Origin: Dipteris shenzhenensis
Lineage: Eukaryota
Reading direction: 5' to 3' (one strand)
DNA: 64,000 nucleotides
Assembly: GCA_047967505.1 (NCBI GenBank)
Contig: CM106538.1
Shown: in pieces, positions 25,273-37,366 of the stretch
Layout of the letters: each line of letters starts with the position of its first letter
Position numbering within the stretch: position 1 is the first letter of the stretch
Notes under the pieces: model-generated
Told to the model about the DNA's origin: nothing
The model's database searches: none
The model's input: the letters and a program-made list of their open reading frames with translations, nothing else
Program-made: the position numbers and the translations under genes

Positions 25273-25850
25273 CGCTTCATCTCCAGACGATCCAGGATGA
25301 TGGCAGCATTTCGGAGGAGACTTACTCATGGAGATCTCGCCCCACCAGCCGCTCACCTCACCTTTGCCCAGATTTGTACTCTCATAGCAGGAGGCAGAGT
25401 CGATGGACAGGATTTCCAGTATTATTTTGGTTCTCACACTCCGTGACACCTGGACTTGTATCTTTGCATTGGCATATTGTGCTCATCCCCCCCATTTTGC
25501 ACCCGGGGGCGGTTTCCTTGCATCTAGTTTACTCTGTATTTAGGCTCAGATTTGACATTATGTACTTTCACTTGCATTATATTGCGTAGCACTTAGATGA
25601 TATTCGACGATGCCTCTTCTTTGGGGCACGTTGATTTTGTGCTATCTTGTATGCAGAGTTCTTGATGTCCCATGGGCCCATTTTGGCCTCTAGTGGACAA
25701 TAATACACTTTCTTTCTTTCTTTCTTTCTCTCTCTCTTAGTGAGCCCTTTGCTTCAGCCCATAGCAGCTTGTATGAGTTACTTTTTGGTTTTGTACCTTG
25801 TCTCATAGGCCCGCGAGGCCTCCTGCAGACGTTAGTACATCTTTCTTTCT

Positions 25851-25908
<58 letters not shown>

Positions 25909-26664
25909 GGGAGAAAGTCAAAAGCCCCAAAAGACAAACAAGAGCAAGATTTTGGCATCTGGATGGGCACTAGATCTGAGAAATTGGTTCAAGAAGTGGG
26001 AGGTAGAGGAGTACTTGAACTACTCACCAGAGGAGGTAGATGAAGATGCTTTTCATCGTGACCTGTTGAATGCACTACACAGGAAATGGCAAACAGCTAA
26101 AAATAGAGATAAGTTCGAGTACTACTGCACATTTATCAACCCCCAATATTGGCCCACTTATACGGCAGAGGAGTCAGCCACGCAAAAGTACATTTGCACA
26201 CCTATGGCAATGCATAAGCGGAGGGCTTTGGCTTCACTTCGCACCCGATCACACCAGCTGCAAATTGAAATAGGAGGATGGAAAGACATGCCAAGAGAGA
26301 GCAGAATATGCCAATTATGTGACCAGGGTATGCCAGAAACAAAAGAACACATGGTAATGGTATGCCCTTACTATGCACACATTAGGAAAAAGTTCAGCTC
26401 TCTTCTTGAGGGACATAACAGACTGGCTGATTTGCTACATAAGGCATCACCCTCAGCTTTAGGAACATTTGTATCTAAGCTTTTCAAGCACAGAAACTGA
26501 CCTAGATATAAAGGTAGTTTCTCTTATTACCCTCCCCTTTGAGGGAGGAGTCTTTATGTATGTAAGGTTTTGTATTGTTTCAGGTCCCATAGGCCGATTT
26601 TTGGTCTTTAGAGGACGATAATATATTCTTCTTCTTCTTCTTCTTCTCTCTCTCTCTCTCTCTC
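24830..26664 (+). mobile_element. Head-to-tail train of four RTE-like LINE 3' ends separated by (TC)n/(TTTC)n/(TTC)n runs
   Basis: Terminal hairpins at 25189, 25667, 25800 and 26584, each followed by a microsatellite. The last unit encodes HQLQIEIGGW..RICQLC..HMVMVCPYY. Confidence 0.85.
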
Positions 26665-28361
26665 AAGCAGGAATGAAAGAAAGAATTACATAATAAATGA
26701 ATTATTTAAAACATTAAAAAATAAATGCACCCCTTACACTTATGTACCACTTCCTACAAAGATGCAAAATTGCATTCCTAACTTAGAAAGCACATGCATA
26801 CTCAATCAAACTCTCTTATGAAACCAAAATAAAAATGGGCTATTCAGCTCCCCGCTTTTTGTTTTCAGCTTAGGTTCAATCATTCAAACATGCATCCACC
26901 ATAGATAAAAGACTTCATATCTAAGATTGTGCGTACTTTTCTCATTATTTTTCTTGGATTATACCTCTTGTGTGTTAGTAAAGTGATCAAATTACTACAT
27001 TGAGTGATAAAGACTACTTAGTTGTACAAAGGCGGGAAAATCTATCGAATTGGGAAGAAATGACTTCATATTTTGCCAAATCAAAAACGTTTGAGTCAAT
27101 GCTAAACCACTATATTCAGGTTGTTCATGTTTATCACATATATCAACCTCTAATCCTACGGTAGATTGAAAAGTCTAAAGAATCCCATCTTGAAGTGCAG
27201 TTTAGTTCACAAGGGTCACGAGGATAGAATCCTTCTCCAAAAGCACAAGCGTCTTTGTACATAAAGTCTTGAAAGTCAGGAACCTTTGGTATAGATAAAT
27301 CATCTATAAAACGCCTAACTTGGCTAAGCTTATGTAAAATGATAGGGCAGGTATTGATAGAAATAAGACGTTGCATAAACTCAAATTCATAAGTAAAGGT
27401 TTGCTAAAAAGACAACACAATTAGTGCCCATAGGGATTCCTATAATTTGTTGAAAGAAAGAATCACCTATTGTCTTGTAAAGATTATCTAAAAGAAAATC
27501 TATCCAAGAGCAAACATCTTCAACACTAACTACCTTTGTGTATTTTTTTCTTTTTAGAATCGATGTTATGATCTTTATTATTTAGCCACAAAATGTCAAA
27601 ACATAACGATGTTTTCTCAACTTTTAGCGCTTTGCATCTATCTTTGTCAAATCTCAGCTTAAAAATTTCAGCCCTTAGCTTTTTAATTCTAAACTTCAAA
27701 TCTTCCAACTCGATCTTTGTATAAAGCATAGTAAAATCATAGGTTTGAAGGAGAATAGGAGACTCTTTTTCCTGAATGCTTTGAGAGAAATTAAAAAACT
27801 TTACAATAGAAATCACTCCTACAAAGTCATTAAAATCCAGCTTGAATGTGAGGGGACATTTTCCTCCTTTAATAAGTCCCTCCAAAGTTCATGGACACTA
27901 GGCAACATGGCTTTGAAGCAGTAGCTTAGCCATTTAGAGGCATCTGTCAAAGTAGTCTCACAAGCAGCTGTAATAAATCTTGGCTTTTTTGGAGTTTTGT
28001 GAAACTTCCAAGCAGCACAAAGAAAAGGGATACTAGGATTACAAACAAACCCTAAGGACTTGCAAAAACTCTGGTGTTTTGAGATCAGATCCTTTTGCAA
28101 AACTAAGGCAAGGGCATAAGTTTTGGCAGATGAGTTCACTTCTCTCAAAAGACATTCTAAGTAAAACTTTTTGCAAATAAAAACAAAGTTATTGGAACAT
28201 TTGTCCGTATAAGAAATGACAAATTTCCTATGGAATTTTCGAAGAAAAGTTTCATCTTCTTTAGAAAATATGATTACTTTGCTTTGAGCAATTAACTGAA
28301 GGGACTTCTTCTAGTTTCAAAGCAACTTTCTCAAAAATCTTCCCTTTCCATTCTGATAAGA
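26665..28361 (-). mobile_element. Decayed Penelope-like element RT (Chlamys/Naiad-type motifs), 5'-truncated
   Basis: WKFHKTPKKPRFI, TYDFTMLYTKI (motif A), QQIIGIPMGTNC (motif B'), RRFIDDL (motif C), KYEVISSQFDRFSRLC (thumb). No GIY-YIG follows the RT. AT-rich and flanked by (TC)n and (GT)n. Confidence 0.8.
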
Positions 28362-28399
28362 TGTGTGTGTGTGAGTGCGCACGTGTGCTGCTATAAAAT

Positions 28400-29211
28400 A
28401 TAGCCTCGGCATGCATTATCGTCCACATTATCTACATGATTCACAATTTTATTCCAGTTCCTACTTTGGAGATAGAGGACCGGCTACACGACTGGACTCT
28501 TCATTTGCCAGGGTCGACATGCCGTCCTTTGCGACTGTCTCGTATTACAGTTTCTTCGCTTTACAAAGTTTTTTTGCCCTTACCTTGGGTTCGCAACCGG
28601 CAAATAACCTTTGGCATAAGAATCGCCTTGCAAAGTGGTGGCAACAGAGATTACATGGCATTTGGAAATCAAAACTTCCTCTTCGACAAGAGGTGTTTCT
28701 GTGGAGAGTTTTATTGGGAGTTTTTTCATCTAGGCAAGTTATAGCACGCAGACATATTGCTTCGACTATTTGTCACAGATGCTTAGATCCGCGGGAGACA
28801 GTGCCTCACCTTCTTTGGCACTGCTCTCATACACGTGATTTCCTTGGATTGTTGGGTCAGCGTTTGAGAACCAAATTTTCGAGTTTTCTTTTTGGAAAAT
28901 GCTTCTGGTTGTTTGGGATTCACCCACCTAGACAGGATTTTGATTTGATTTTTCTTTGGATTAGATATTGAGCACGTTGGACTCTGTGGAAAGATAGATA
29001 TCGTAGAGTTTTTGGTGATCCAATTTTCTCACCTTACTCTTCTTCAGGCACTCTTTGCAGCAATTTTTTTATGATTGCCTGCAAACAAGGTCTATAGATC
29101 AAGATGTATATTTGTCCTATATTGAGATCTTCTTGATGTATTTGAGCACATCTTGCTTTGGGATGCTGACTCTGTAATATAAAGGCAAAAATTCTCACCC
29201 AATAAAAAAAA
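28400..29211 (+). mobile_element. L1 3' fragment (zf-RVT) with poly(A), between (GT)n runs
   Basis: FLWRVLLG..ICHRCLDPRETVPHLLWHC; ends TTCTCACCCAAT-A8 immediately followed by (GT)n. Confidence 0.85.
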
Positions 29212-30315
29212 GTGTGTGTGTGTGTGTGTGTCTGTGTGTCTGTGTGTAGGATCCCAATAGTTATCCACTTCCATGGGATTTCTTGATTTGAGGATCCACT
29301 TGAAGGCCTTTGTGATCCCTATTTGATGACTTTTTTCGAAGGAGAAGTGGTGATAAAAAATTCACATGTGCAGATACTCCTCAGCAGAATGCAAGAGCTG
29401 AAAGGAAGAATGGAACTTTAGCAGACAGTGCTAGAGCAATGTGCAAATAATGAAAAAGTATAGCTAAGTACATATGATATTATGCATTGGGGGACTAAAA
29501 GATGGCTGCCTTTATGATGATGAGGAGAAAGACATGGATGACAATGTCTTAAGAAAGAAGTACATGGGGTGAGAATAATATATGCACTATAAGTCAAAAT
29601 GGCACATAAGCACATGTCTACTTAAGAGGAAGGGTACAAATAGTTAGGATCCTTATACACAAAGATAAGCTTAAGGGTACAAAGATTTAGAGTGAGAAGC
29701 ATCTTCCAAATCAATAGCCACAGCAAACTATTTGCTTAATCGGCTTCCGACCGAGTTACCTACCAGAGTGTCCCTGCCATTCCATTTAAGATGGAGGAGT
29801 ATATGCTTCCAATCAGTGATCAAACAAGAAACAAAAGGCCATCGCTTTACTTTTCCTTCAATATGACCTAAAAGAAAGTCTTAGTGAGTGGGCTGCTAGT
29901 GACTAAAAGCTGTAGAAGACATGTGCAAAATCAATTGTCGCATCATAAAAAGTCATGGCTGATCACCCTGCATGAATTGTAGCATCATTTTCCCCTTATG
30001 AGCTAGAATATGCATGTGAATGTTGAGGATATTCAGTCCCCCATGCATTTTGGACGTGCAAAGGTGATCTATTGAAACCACCCTCACAGCATTCTGGCGA
30101 AAGCACGACTGCCAGACATAAAACAGGAGATCTCTCGCTTGGCAAACATCATCGAAGGCAAATAAAAATGGATGTAGGCAACCAGAATTGATTGAACTAT
30201 GCGATAACGAACATGCAAAGGCTACATTGTCAGTGTCTAGTATTCTAGTTTTTTCTTAAGGACATTAAGCACCCAGTTTGCTTGCTGACGACGAGTAACT
30301 GTCCACCCAATGGGT

Positions 30316-30577
30316 TGTAGATACGAAACGAAGAGAGAGAGAGTGCAGGTACAAGACGAGTCGATAGAGTAGTCACGTCAAAACTTAGATAAGATATGAA
30401 AACACAAGTACAAAGTACTTGTGCCTAGACCTAGGACTAAGTGTCCTAGGTGTCACATAGGACTAAGTGTCCTATGTGGCCTAAAGGCACTAGCACTATA
30501 AGTGCCTACACTTATGCCTACAAGGCACATACCATGGCCTATAGGGCATCACTAGAACCACCAGAAGATGGCCTACA
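30316..30577 (-). repeat. 3' LTR (262 bp)
   Basis: TGTAGATACG...GGCCTACA, next to the PPT (AGGGGGGTT on the minus strand at 30578-30586). Confidence 0.95.
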
Positions 30578-30705
30578 AACCCCCCTACATGGGATGGGCT
30601 GAAGTACTCTGGAAACGTCTCAGAATACCTGGTAGTTTCTGGTCATGGTGGCACATGTTCATCCAAAAGGATATAGCCACCTATGAATGTACAAGGAATG
30701 TCAGA

Positions 30706-33700
30706 TCATGTAACAAAGGGAACCAACTGTAAAGCCTGTCGGAAGACTTCGAACTTGGGACGAGGAAGTGCCTTTGTAAACATATTTGTGATGTTGTCCT
30801 CTGTGGGAAGATAGGACAACTCTATGTCCCTTGCTGACAACCGCTCCCGAACATAATGATAGTGAATTTCAATATGCTTGGTACGCGCATGAAACACTGG
30901 GTTAAGCGCACTGGCCAAAGCACTCGGGCTGTCAGTATAGACAATAGTCGAGGATGTCTGGCGAATACCAAGATCTGTAAGTAACTGTCGAAGCCAAACA
31001 CACTCTACTGTAGCAATGAAAGCTGCCATGTACTCAGCCTCACAGCTAGACGTGGCAACTGTTGGTTGCTTCTTGCTGAGCCAAGAAATACATGAATTTC
31101 CAAGCAAAAAACAATTGCCAGTATGTGACACTCTGGTGTTGGAACATCCTGCCCAGTCACTATCCGTGTAAGCATGCATGGTAAGTGAACCCTAATCACC
31201 ATAGAAGAGGGCTAAAATCCTGAGTGCCTCTGAGATATCTGAAGACTCTCTTCACTGCCTACCAATGCTGTGAACTGGGCATGTGCATGAATCTGCTGAG
31301 CTGAGACACTGCATACTGCAAGTCAGGTCTGGTGTGACAAAAATAAATAAGGCATCCAACAGCCTGCCGATAAAGAGTGATATCACATGGTGGGCTCCCA
31401 TCATGAGCTGAGAATTTGAAGCCAGGGTCCACTGGAGTAGAGATTGGCTTGCAATCCTCAAACTGAAAACAATCAAGGAGCTGTCCAATATACTTGGACT
31501 GAGACATCATGATACCCCCCTCAACATGAGCAAACTGAATGCCCAAATAATAATGGAGCCGTCCCATGTCTGACATGTCAAAAATCTGCTGCAAATCAGC
31601 CTTGAAGGCTGCAATTTGCTGAGTATCTGGGCCAGTGATAAGCATATCATCCACATATAAAATCAGCACTAAAAAATCAGATCCACTCCCACGGAAATAA
31701 AGAGTGGGTTCTGTGGGACTATTCTGAAAACCAAGGGATAGTAAGTGTGCATGAATTTTGGCATACCATGCCCTGGGTGTCTGCTTCAAACCATAAAGGG
31801 CTTTTCTAAGCCGGCATACCTTATTTTCAGAATTAACAACCTCAAAGCCAGGAGGCTGTGTGACATAAACTTCTTCCTGCAGATCCCCATGAAGAAAAGC
31901 GGTCTTGATGTCAAGTTGGTGCACTTGCCAATGATTATGGGCTGCAATGGCAATGACACATCGAATGGTAGTAATCCTGGATGTGGGAGCAAATGTCTCC
32001 TCAAAGTCAATGCCTTGTTGTTGAGCATACCCTTTTGCAACAAGACAGGATTTGTATCGATCTATGCTGCCATCAGATTTCCTTTTTAATTTGTAGACCC
32101 ACCGCGTTCCAATGGCATGCTTGCCAGGTGGGAGATCTACTAATTCCCATGTGTCATTTTTGGCAATAGATTGTAACTCAGCTTTCATTGCATCCATCCA
32201 CTCTTTGCTGTCAAAAGCATCTTTATGGCACAAAGGCTCTTCATTGCAAGCTGTAGCAAGGAGTGCAAACTCAAGAAAGTGACCATGCTGTCTATTCCCT
32301 GATCTTGTCCGGGCAGCAAAAGGCTGATCTTGTTTGCTGTCCCTCAATGTGTCAAGAAGCCATTTGGGAACTTGCCTTTGCTGTCTATTGACAGCTCTCT
32401 CTTCAATGACTGCATCATGAGTAATGGGATCATTTTGTGCCAGAAGAGAAACCTGCGAATCAGCATGAGATTGGGGGTGATTATTGCTTAGTGGAGGGCC
32501 TGCAGGAGGCTCATGTTGTTGCTCAAAATCCTCCTCTGATGATGGCAGAGGTAACCAAGATTCAAAGGCATCAAACATGTCAACATCTGGCTTTGCTTTG
32601 CAGTCCACAAGAGGAGAAGCTGAATGTTCAGCAAAGATAACATCTCTACTGACAATAATCTTCCCAGTATTTGGTTGATACAACCGATACCCTCTGCTCT
32701 CCTGGCTGTAACCAATGAATATGCATTTGATTGCCTTGTCATCAAGCTTATGTCTCAGCTGAGATGGAACATGAACATATGCAAGAGACCCAAAAACTTT
32801 CAGGCTTCCTGCCTTTCCATGCTTCATAAGGTGTAATAGTCTTTAATGCCCGTGTAGGTGATCTATTCAGCACATAGTTGGCACACATTACTGCATCAAG
32901 CCAAAATTTATTGGGCAAAGACTTGGCCTTAAGCATGCATCTGGCCATCTCCATTGTGGACCTGTTTTTCCTTTCAGAAACAAGATTCTGCTGAGGAGTG
33001 TAAGGAGTAGTGCATGAGTGAATAATGCCCCGTGAGGATAGGAATGCATCAAACTCCTTTGACATATACTCACCCCCCCTATCTGTGTTGAGGGTGACAA
33101 GCTTGCATCCTGATTCATTCTCAACCATATTCAGCCATCTCTGAAAGCATAAGAAAACTTCAGATTTGGCCTTTAAAGGATATACCCAGCAATACCTTGT
33201 GAAATCATCAATGAGAGTCATGAAATACTTGTATCCTCCAATGGCATTTGTCTTCATTGGGCCACAGACATCACTGTGTACTAGCTGCAATTTCCTTTGT
33301 GAGAGTTTTGGACAATCCTTTTGAAAAGGAAATCGATGCATCTTACCCAAAAGACAACCCTCACACACATGTTTGGAAACTGTGTGAGTCTGAGGTACAT
33401 CACTTGCCATCTGTTGTGAATGTAGCTTTGCAAGAGCTCTATAATTGAGATGGCCCATTCTCCCAAAGATGAGTTTCAGCAAGCTGTGAATCTGAAATAG
33501 CCAATGCTTCAATAGAAAGTGCAGCTGAATGATGATCAAGGTGATAAAGCCCTTTTTGCAAAGTGCCAGTGAGAACTATGGCATTGTCATCACGAAGATC
33601 ATATACTAGGCATCTGTAGCCATCAAAAATTACTCTGAAACCTGAAGTAGCAATTGCTGAAATTAAAATCAAGTTGACTTCAATGCCAGGCACAAAAAGA

Positions 33701-34969
33701 ACATTTGTCAGAGTGACAGGATGACTGGAAATGGATGTGAGCTGCACATCTCCAACTCCTTTTACAGCATATGAAGCATTATTGGCACATGTAACAGTCC
33801 CCCCTCGAGGTGCATCAGCTAGAGAATGAAACAACTGTCTGCAAGATGTGACATGCTTGGAAGCACCACTATCAAAGTACCAGGACTGAGCATCATTAGC
33901 AGTAAATAGTGCATCAGCTTTGGAGGGATCAAATGAGCAATGAACAGCCCATGCCCAATCATCTTGAAGAGCATGTGCATGTGAAGCATCTGCTGGCTCA
34001 TGAGATTCAATGGCATGTGAGGCATTAACTTTTCTTTTTCTCCGAAGCAATGCACTTCCTGCATTCTGAAATGTCATGTCCAGGCTTGCGACAATGGTTG
34101 CATCTTTTCTTATTTCCCTTATCTGCTGTATTTTTAGATGCATGGGAGGAATTGCAGCTGCTATGCGTTGAAGAATTGCAGCTGCTGTGCGCAGATTTTG
34201 GCTTGCCCATAGGCTTGGAAGCCTTGCCTCTTCCTGTCTGCTGTGAAGCAAATGCATGATCAAGAATAATGGCTTGTCTGCTGTTAACTCTACTTTGCTC
34301 TTCCTGCAAAAGCAAAGTAACTAGTTGGTCAAAAGAATAGTGGTCTGGATTACCCATGGCCACTAATCGAAGGGTTGTAGCAAACCCTTGATATGTATCT
34401 GGCAGTCCATTCAATGTGGTACTGACAAGCTGTGAATTTGGCACCACCTCATCAATGTTGGCAAGCTGTTCCATGAGGTCCTTGACCTTTGTCAAATATG
34501 CATCCATTGACTCACTATCATTCATATTCACTTCCTGTAATTGCCTTCTCAAATATGCAACACAAGCTTCATTGCGAATCTGATATAGAGAAGCCAATTT
34601 ATCCCAAGCATCCTTTGCTGTCCTGCAAGACCGGATGTGTGGAATAATGATTCTCTTGCATGATAAAGCAATGCATGAATGTGCATTTGCATCTCTTGCA
34701 TCCCATCTTGACTGTTCTTGAGTTGGAAGAGTAGCAGCGGGAGCGCTAGAGGAAGAGGCATCAGGAGGAGTACCCCCTGCAGAAGAACTAGCAGTAGAAA
34801 CGACCACTGAAGGATTGGCTGGCCTCGGATCAGCCCCAGAAACAATATTCCACAAATGCTTTGCAACAAGCATATGTTTCATGAGATAAGACCACATCGG
34901 ATAGTTGGTGCCATCCAACTTATCATCTTCACGAAGAACTCCAAATAAATCTTGATTGTTCCCAGCCAT
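30706..34969 (-). pseudogene. Copia gag-pol polyprotein, frameshifted
   Basis: MAGNNQ start; CNHCRKPGHDISEC; WYFDSGAS; HSDVCGP..IDDFTR..TDRGGEY; QLDIKTAFLHG, LYVDDML; YTDSDWAG..EAEY..KHIEIHYHYVRE; split over at least five ORFs. Confidence 0.93.
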
Positions 34970-35978
34970 AGCAACTGTGATAACCTGTAAAAGACTTGAA
35001 AACCCAAAAGCCTCAAGGCTATCACTGCAAAAAGCTTGCTGTCCCAAAAAATGACAGCAAGTATCTGCAAATTTCTGACCCAAATCAAAGGGCAAATGCA
35101 GATCTGACCCAAATGTGACTGTGACAGGCAATGTTCACTGCAAAAACAGCAAATTTGGCAAAAGCCCCAAATTTATTGAGGGCAAATAGGCCAGAAAGAG
35201 GGCAAATTCAGAAAAGCCCCAAATTTTGCTGAAATTTTTGTAAATGTGACCCAATGTATGCAAATCTGACTCAATGTCCTGCAAATGTAACTTAATGTCC
35301 TGCAATCTGACCCAATATACTGCAATTTAAACAAGAAATTGCAGACTAAATCCCAAAACTCCAATATTCTTGCAAGAAATTGCAATCAAAGGAGGTGAAC
35401 GGAAATGAAAGCCCCAAATTTGCCAATGTCCTGCAAAATCCCAAAATCTGGAAATGTTTGTAGATGACTGCAGTGAGACCAAGAACCTGATTCAAGCCAA
35501 CAGGTACGGAACCTGTGGTGAAGCTGTATGGAATACCCAGATGAAGTACAAGTTGTACGACTGAAGGTACGTGTGTACGGGAAGCTAATACAGATTGCTG
35601 ACGATTGAAGGTACGGTGAAAGTACTTTGTGCTCCTACGCAGGTACAGTCGTACGGTGTAGGTACCTTGTAGGACGAAGGTATACGAAACGGCGTACGGT
35701 ACGGCGTACGGAAGAGCGCGATGTACGGATGGAGTACGGCACGGCGTACGGAAGAGCGCGATGTACGGATGGAGTACGCGCAGTGTACGATACACGTACC
35801 GTGATGCAGGTACAACGATGAAGTTCTGCTTACGTACAGACTGTACGGCACAGATCCTGCTGATACCACTGAATGTACGAACAGGCTGGGAATGTGTCGA
35901 CCAGCAGGACAGAGAACTCCCAATGAGCAAATGGAAGACTCGGGGGCTGAGGAGAGCTAGAAGAGTAGAGCAATACCT

Positions 35979-35990
35979 GCTCTGATACCA
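35979..35990 (-). promoter_or_regulatory. Primer-binding site for tRNA-iMet
   Basis: TGGTATCAGAGC 1 nt inside the 5' LTR end. Confidence 0.95.
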
Positions 35991-35991
35991 C

Positions 35992-36250
35992 TGTAGATAC
36001 GAAACGAAGAGAGAGTGCAGGTACAAGACAAGTCGATAGAGTAGTCACGTCAAAACTTAGATAAGATATGAAAACACAAGTACAAAGTACTTGTACCTAG
36101 ACCTAGGACTAAGTGTCCTAGGTGTCACATAGGACTAAGTGTCCTATGTGGCCTAAAAGGCACTAGCACTATAAGTGCCTACACTTATGCCTACAAGGCA
36201 CATACCATGGCCTATAGGGCATCACTAGAACCACCAGAAGATGGCCTACA
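35992..36250 (-). repeat. 5' LTR (259 bp)
   Basis: Differs from the 3' LTR by 2 substitutions and 2 small indels, by eye. Confidence 0.95.
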
Positions 36251-36676
36251 TGGGTAACCAAAATGCCATACAAGCGGTGTGGATAAAACAATTCCCCCCT
36301 TGCCATAATAGACGATGCCAAGCATTCTCATGAAGAGGCAGAAGTTTAGATTTCTGAAATCAATAAGCAGACCAGCGGTCAAACCATATAATGATTAAGC
36401 ACGCATGAGGCATGACAGATTCCTTTCAGTATTTTGGGAGAGGAAAAGGACTCATTAGCATATGCCCCTCAAATGAAGGGTTTGCTGCCATGAATCTATA
36501 GACCATGCAAGTCCCCTGTATCCACCAAATGATCCATGTGTTATAACAAGGGATGAGTAGCTATGGCATGGAACAAAGCACCGAGGGGACAACCTTGTCA
36601 CACAAAACAAAAAAAGGTCCAAGGATCCGTAATATCTCATGTCAGAATGCTAGCAGCTTGACTATCGTGATATAAC

Positions 36677-36796
36677 CACACACACACACATATAGAGAGA
36701 GAGAGAGATCTCCACACACACACACACACACACACACGCGCCCGCGAGGCCTTCCGAAGACATTAATATACCTCTCTCTCTCTCGAAGACATTAAT

Positions 36797-36859
<63 letters not shown>

Positions 36860-37111
36860 CACACACATGCACACACGTGTGTGTGTGTGTGTGTGTGTAC
36901 ATGTGTGTACATGTGTGTCTCTGTGTGTGTGTGTAGATAGAGAGAGAGAGAGGTATATTAATCGTGTGTGTGTGTGTGTGTGTGTGTTCACACACACACA
37001 TACACACACACACACACCACACACACGCACACACATACCACACAGACACACACACACACACCACGTGTGTGTGTATGTACATGTACATATATGTGTGTGT
37101 GTGTGTGTGTG
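36677..37111. repeat. Compound microsatellite (AC)n/(TC)n/(GT)n with embedded minimal RTE-like 3' ends
   Basis: GCCCGCGAGGCCTTCCGAAGACATTAATATAC-(CT)n at 36740, and GAAGACATTAATATAC-(CT)n again at 36786. Confidence 0.85.
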
Positions 37112-37366
37112 TCTATGGACTATTTGGATACAGAGATTGCATTTTCGGATGGGACAACAGTTCCCTCAGGCATATGCTTTCTTCAGAATGTCCCTCAAGC
37201 AATCTTTATATGATAGTTCTGCTGTGAGGGATTTGGATGCTACTAGCCTTGAAGTGTTTTCTCACTCTTTTTGAGTTCTTCCATTAGGCTCTCTTTTGGA
37301 GTCTAATGTCATGTACATTGATTTCATGTTAATTTTATAGTCACTGGTTTCACCAAAAAAAAAAAA
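37112..37366 (+). mobile_element. Short L1 3' end with A12 tail, embedded in (GT)n on both sides
   Basis: LWTIWIQR..CIFG is homologous to the ends of the 15876 and 28400 fragments; ends TTTCACC-A12-(GT)n. Confidence 0.75.

Larger units (their letters stand above)
30316..36250 (-). mobile_element. Structurally complete Ty1/Copia LTR retrotransposon
   Basis: TG..CA LTRs at 30316-30577 and 35992-36250, 5-bp TSD TGGGT (30311-30315 and 36251-36255), PBS, PPT, and gag-PR-IN-RT-RH order. Confidence 0.97.
29400..36640 (-). mobile_element. Old L1 RT/thumb remnant (29400-30315 plus 36251-36640) split by the Copia insertion
   Basis: QGCPL..AIATHPL (36560-36600), HFGYPLGG read across the TGGGT TSD, LCTSKMHGGLNILN. 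Confidence 0.65.

Noticed and set aside
26665-26900. Hammerhead ribozyme at the PLE 3' end
   Set aside because: No CTGANGA...GAAA core with stems seen on the element strand.
34020-34045. Programmed gag-pol frameshift in the Copia
   Set aside because: It lies in an A-rich run and the element has several other frameshifts; Copia polyproteins are normally one ORF.
36662-37274. CVCV/HTHT/ERER ORFs (also 17175-17567, 44302-44882)
   Set aside because: Translations of dinucleotide microsatellites.
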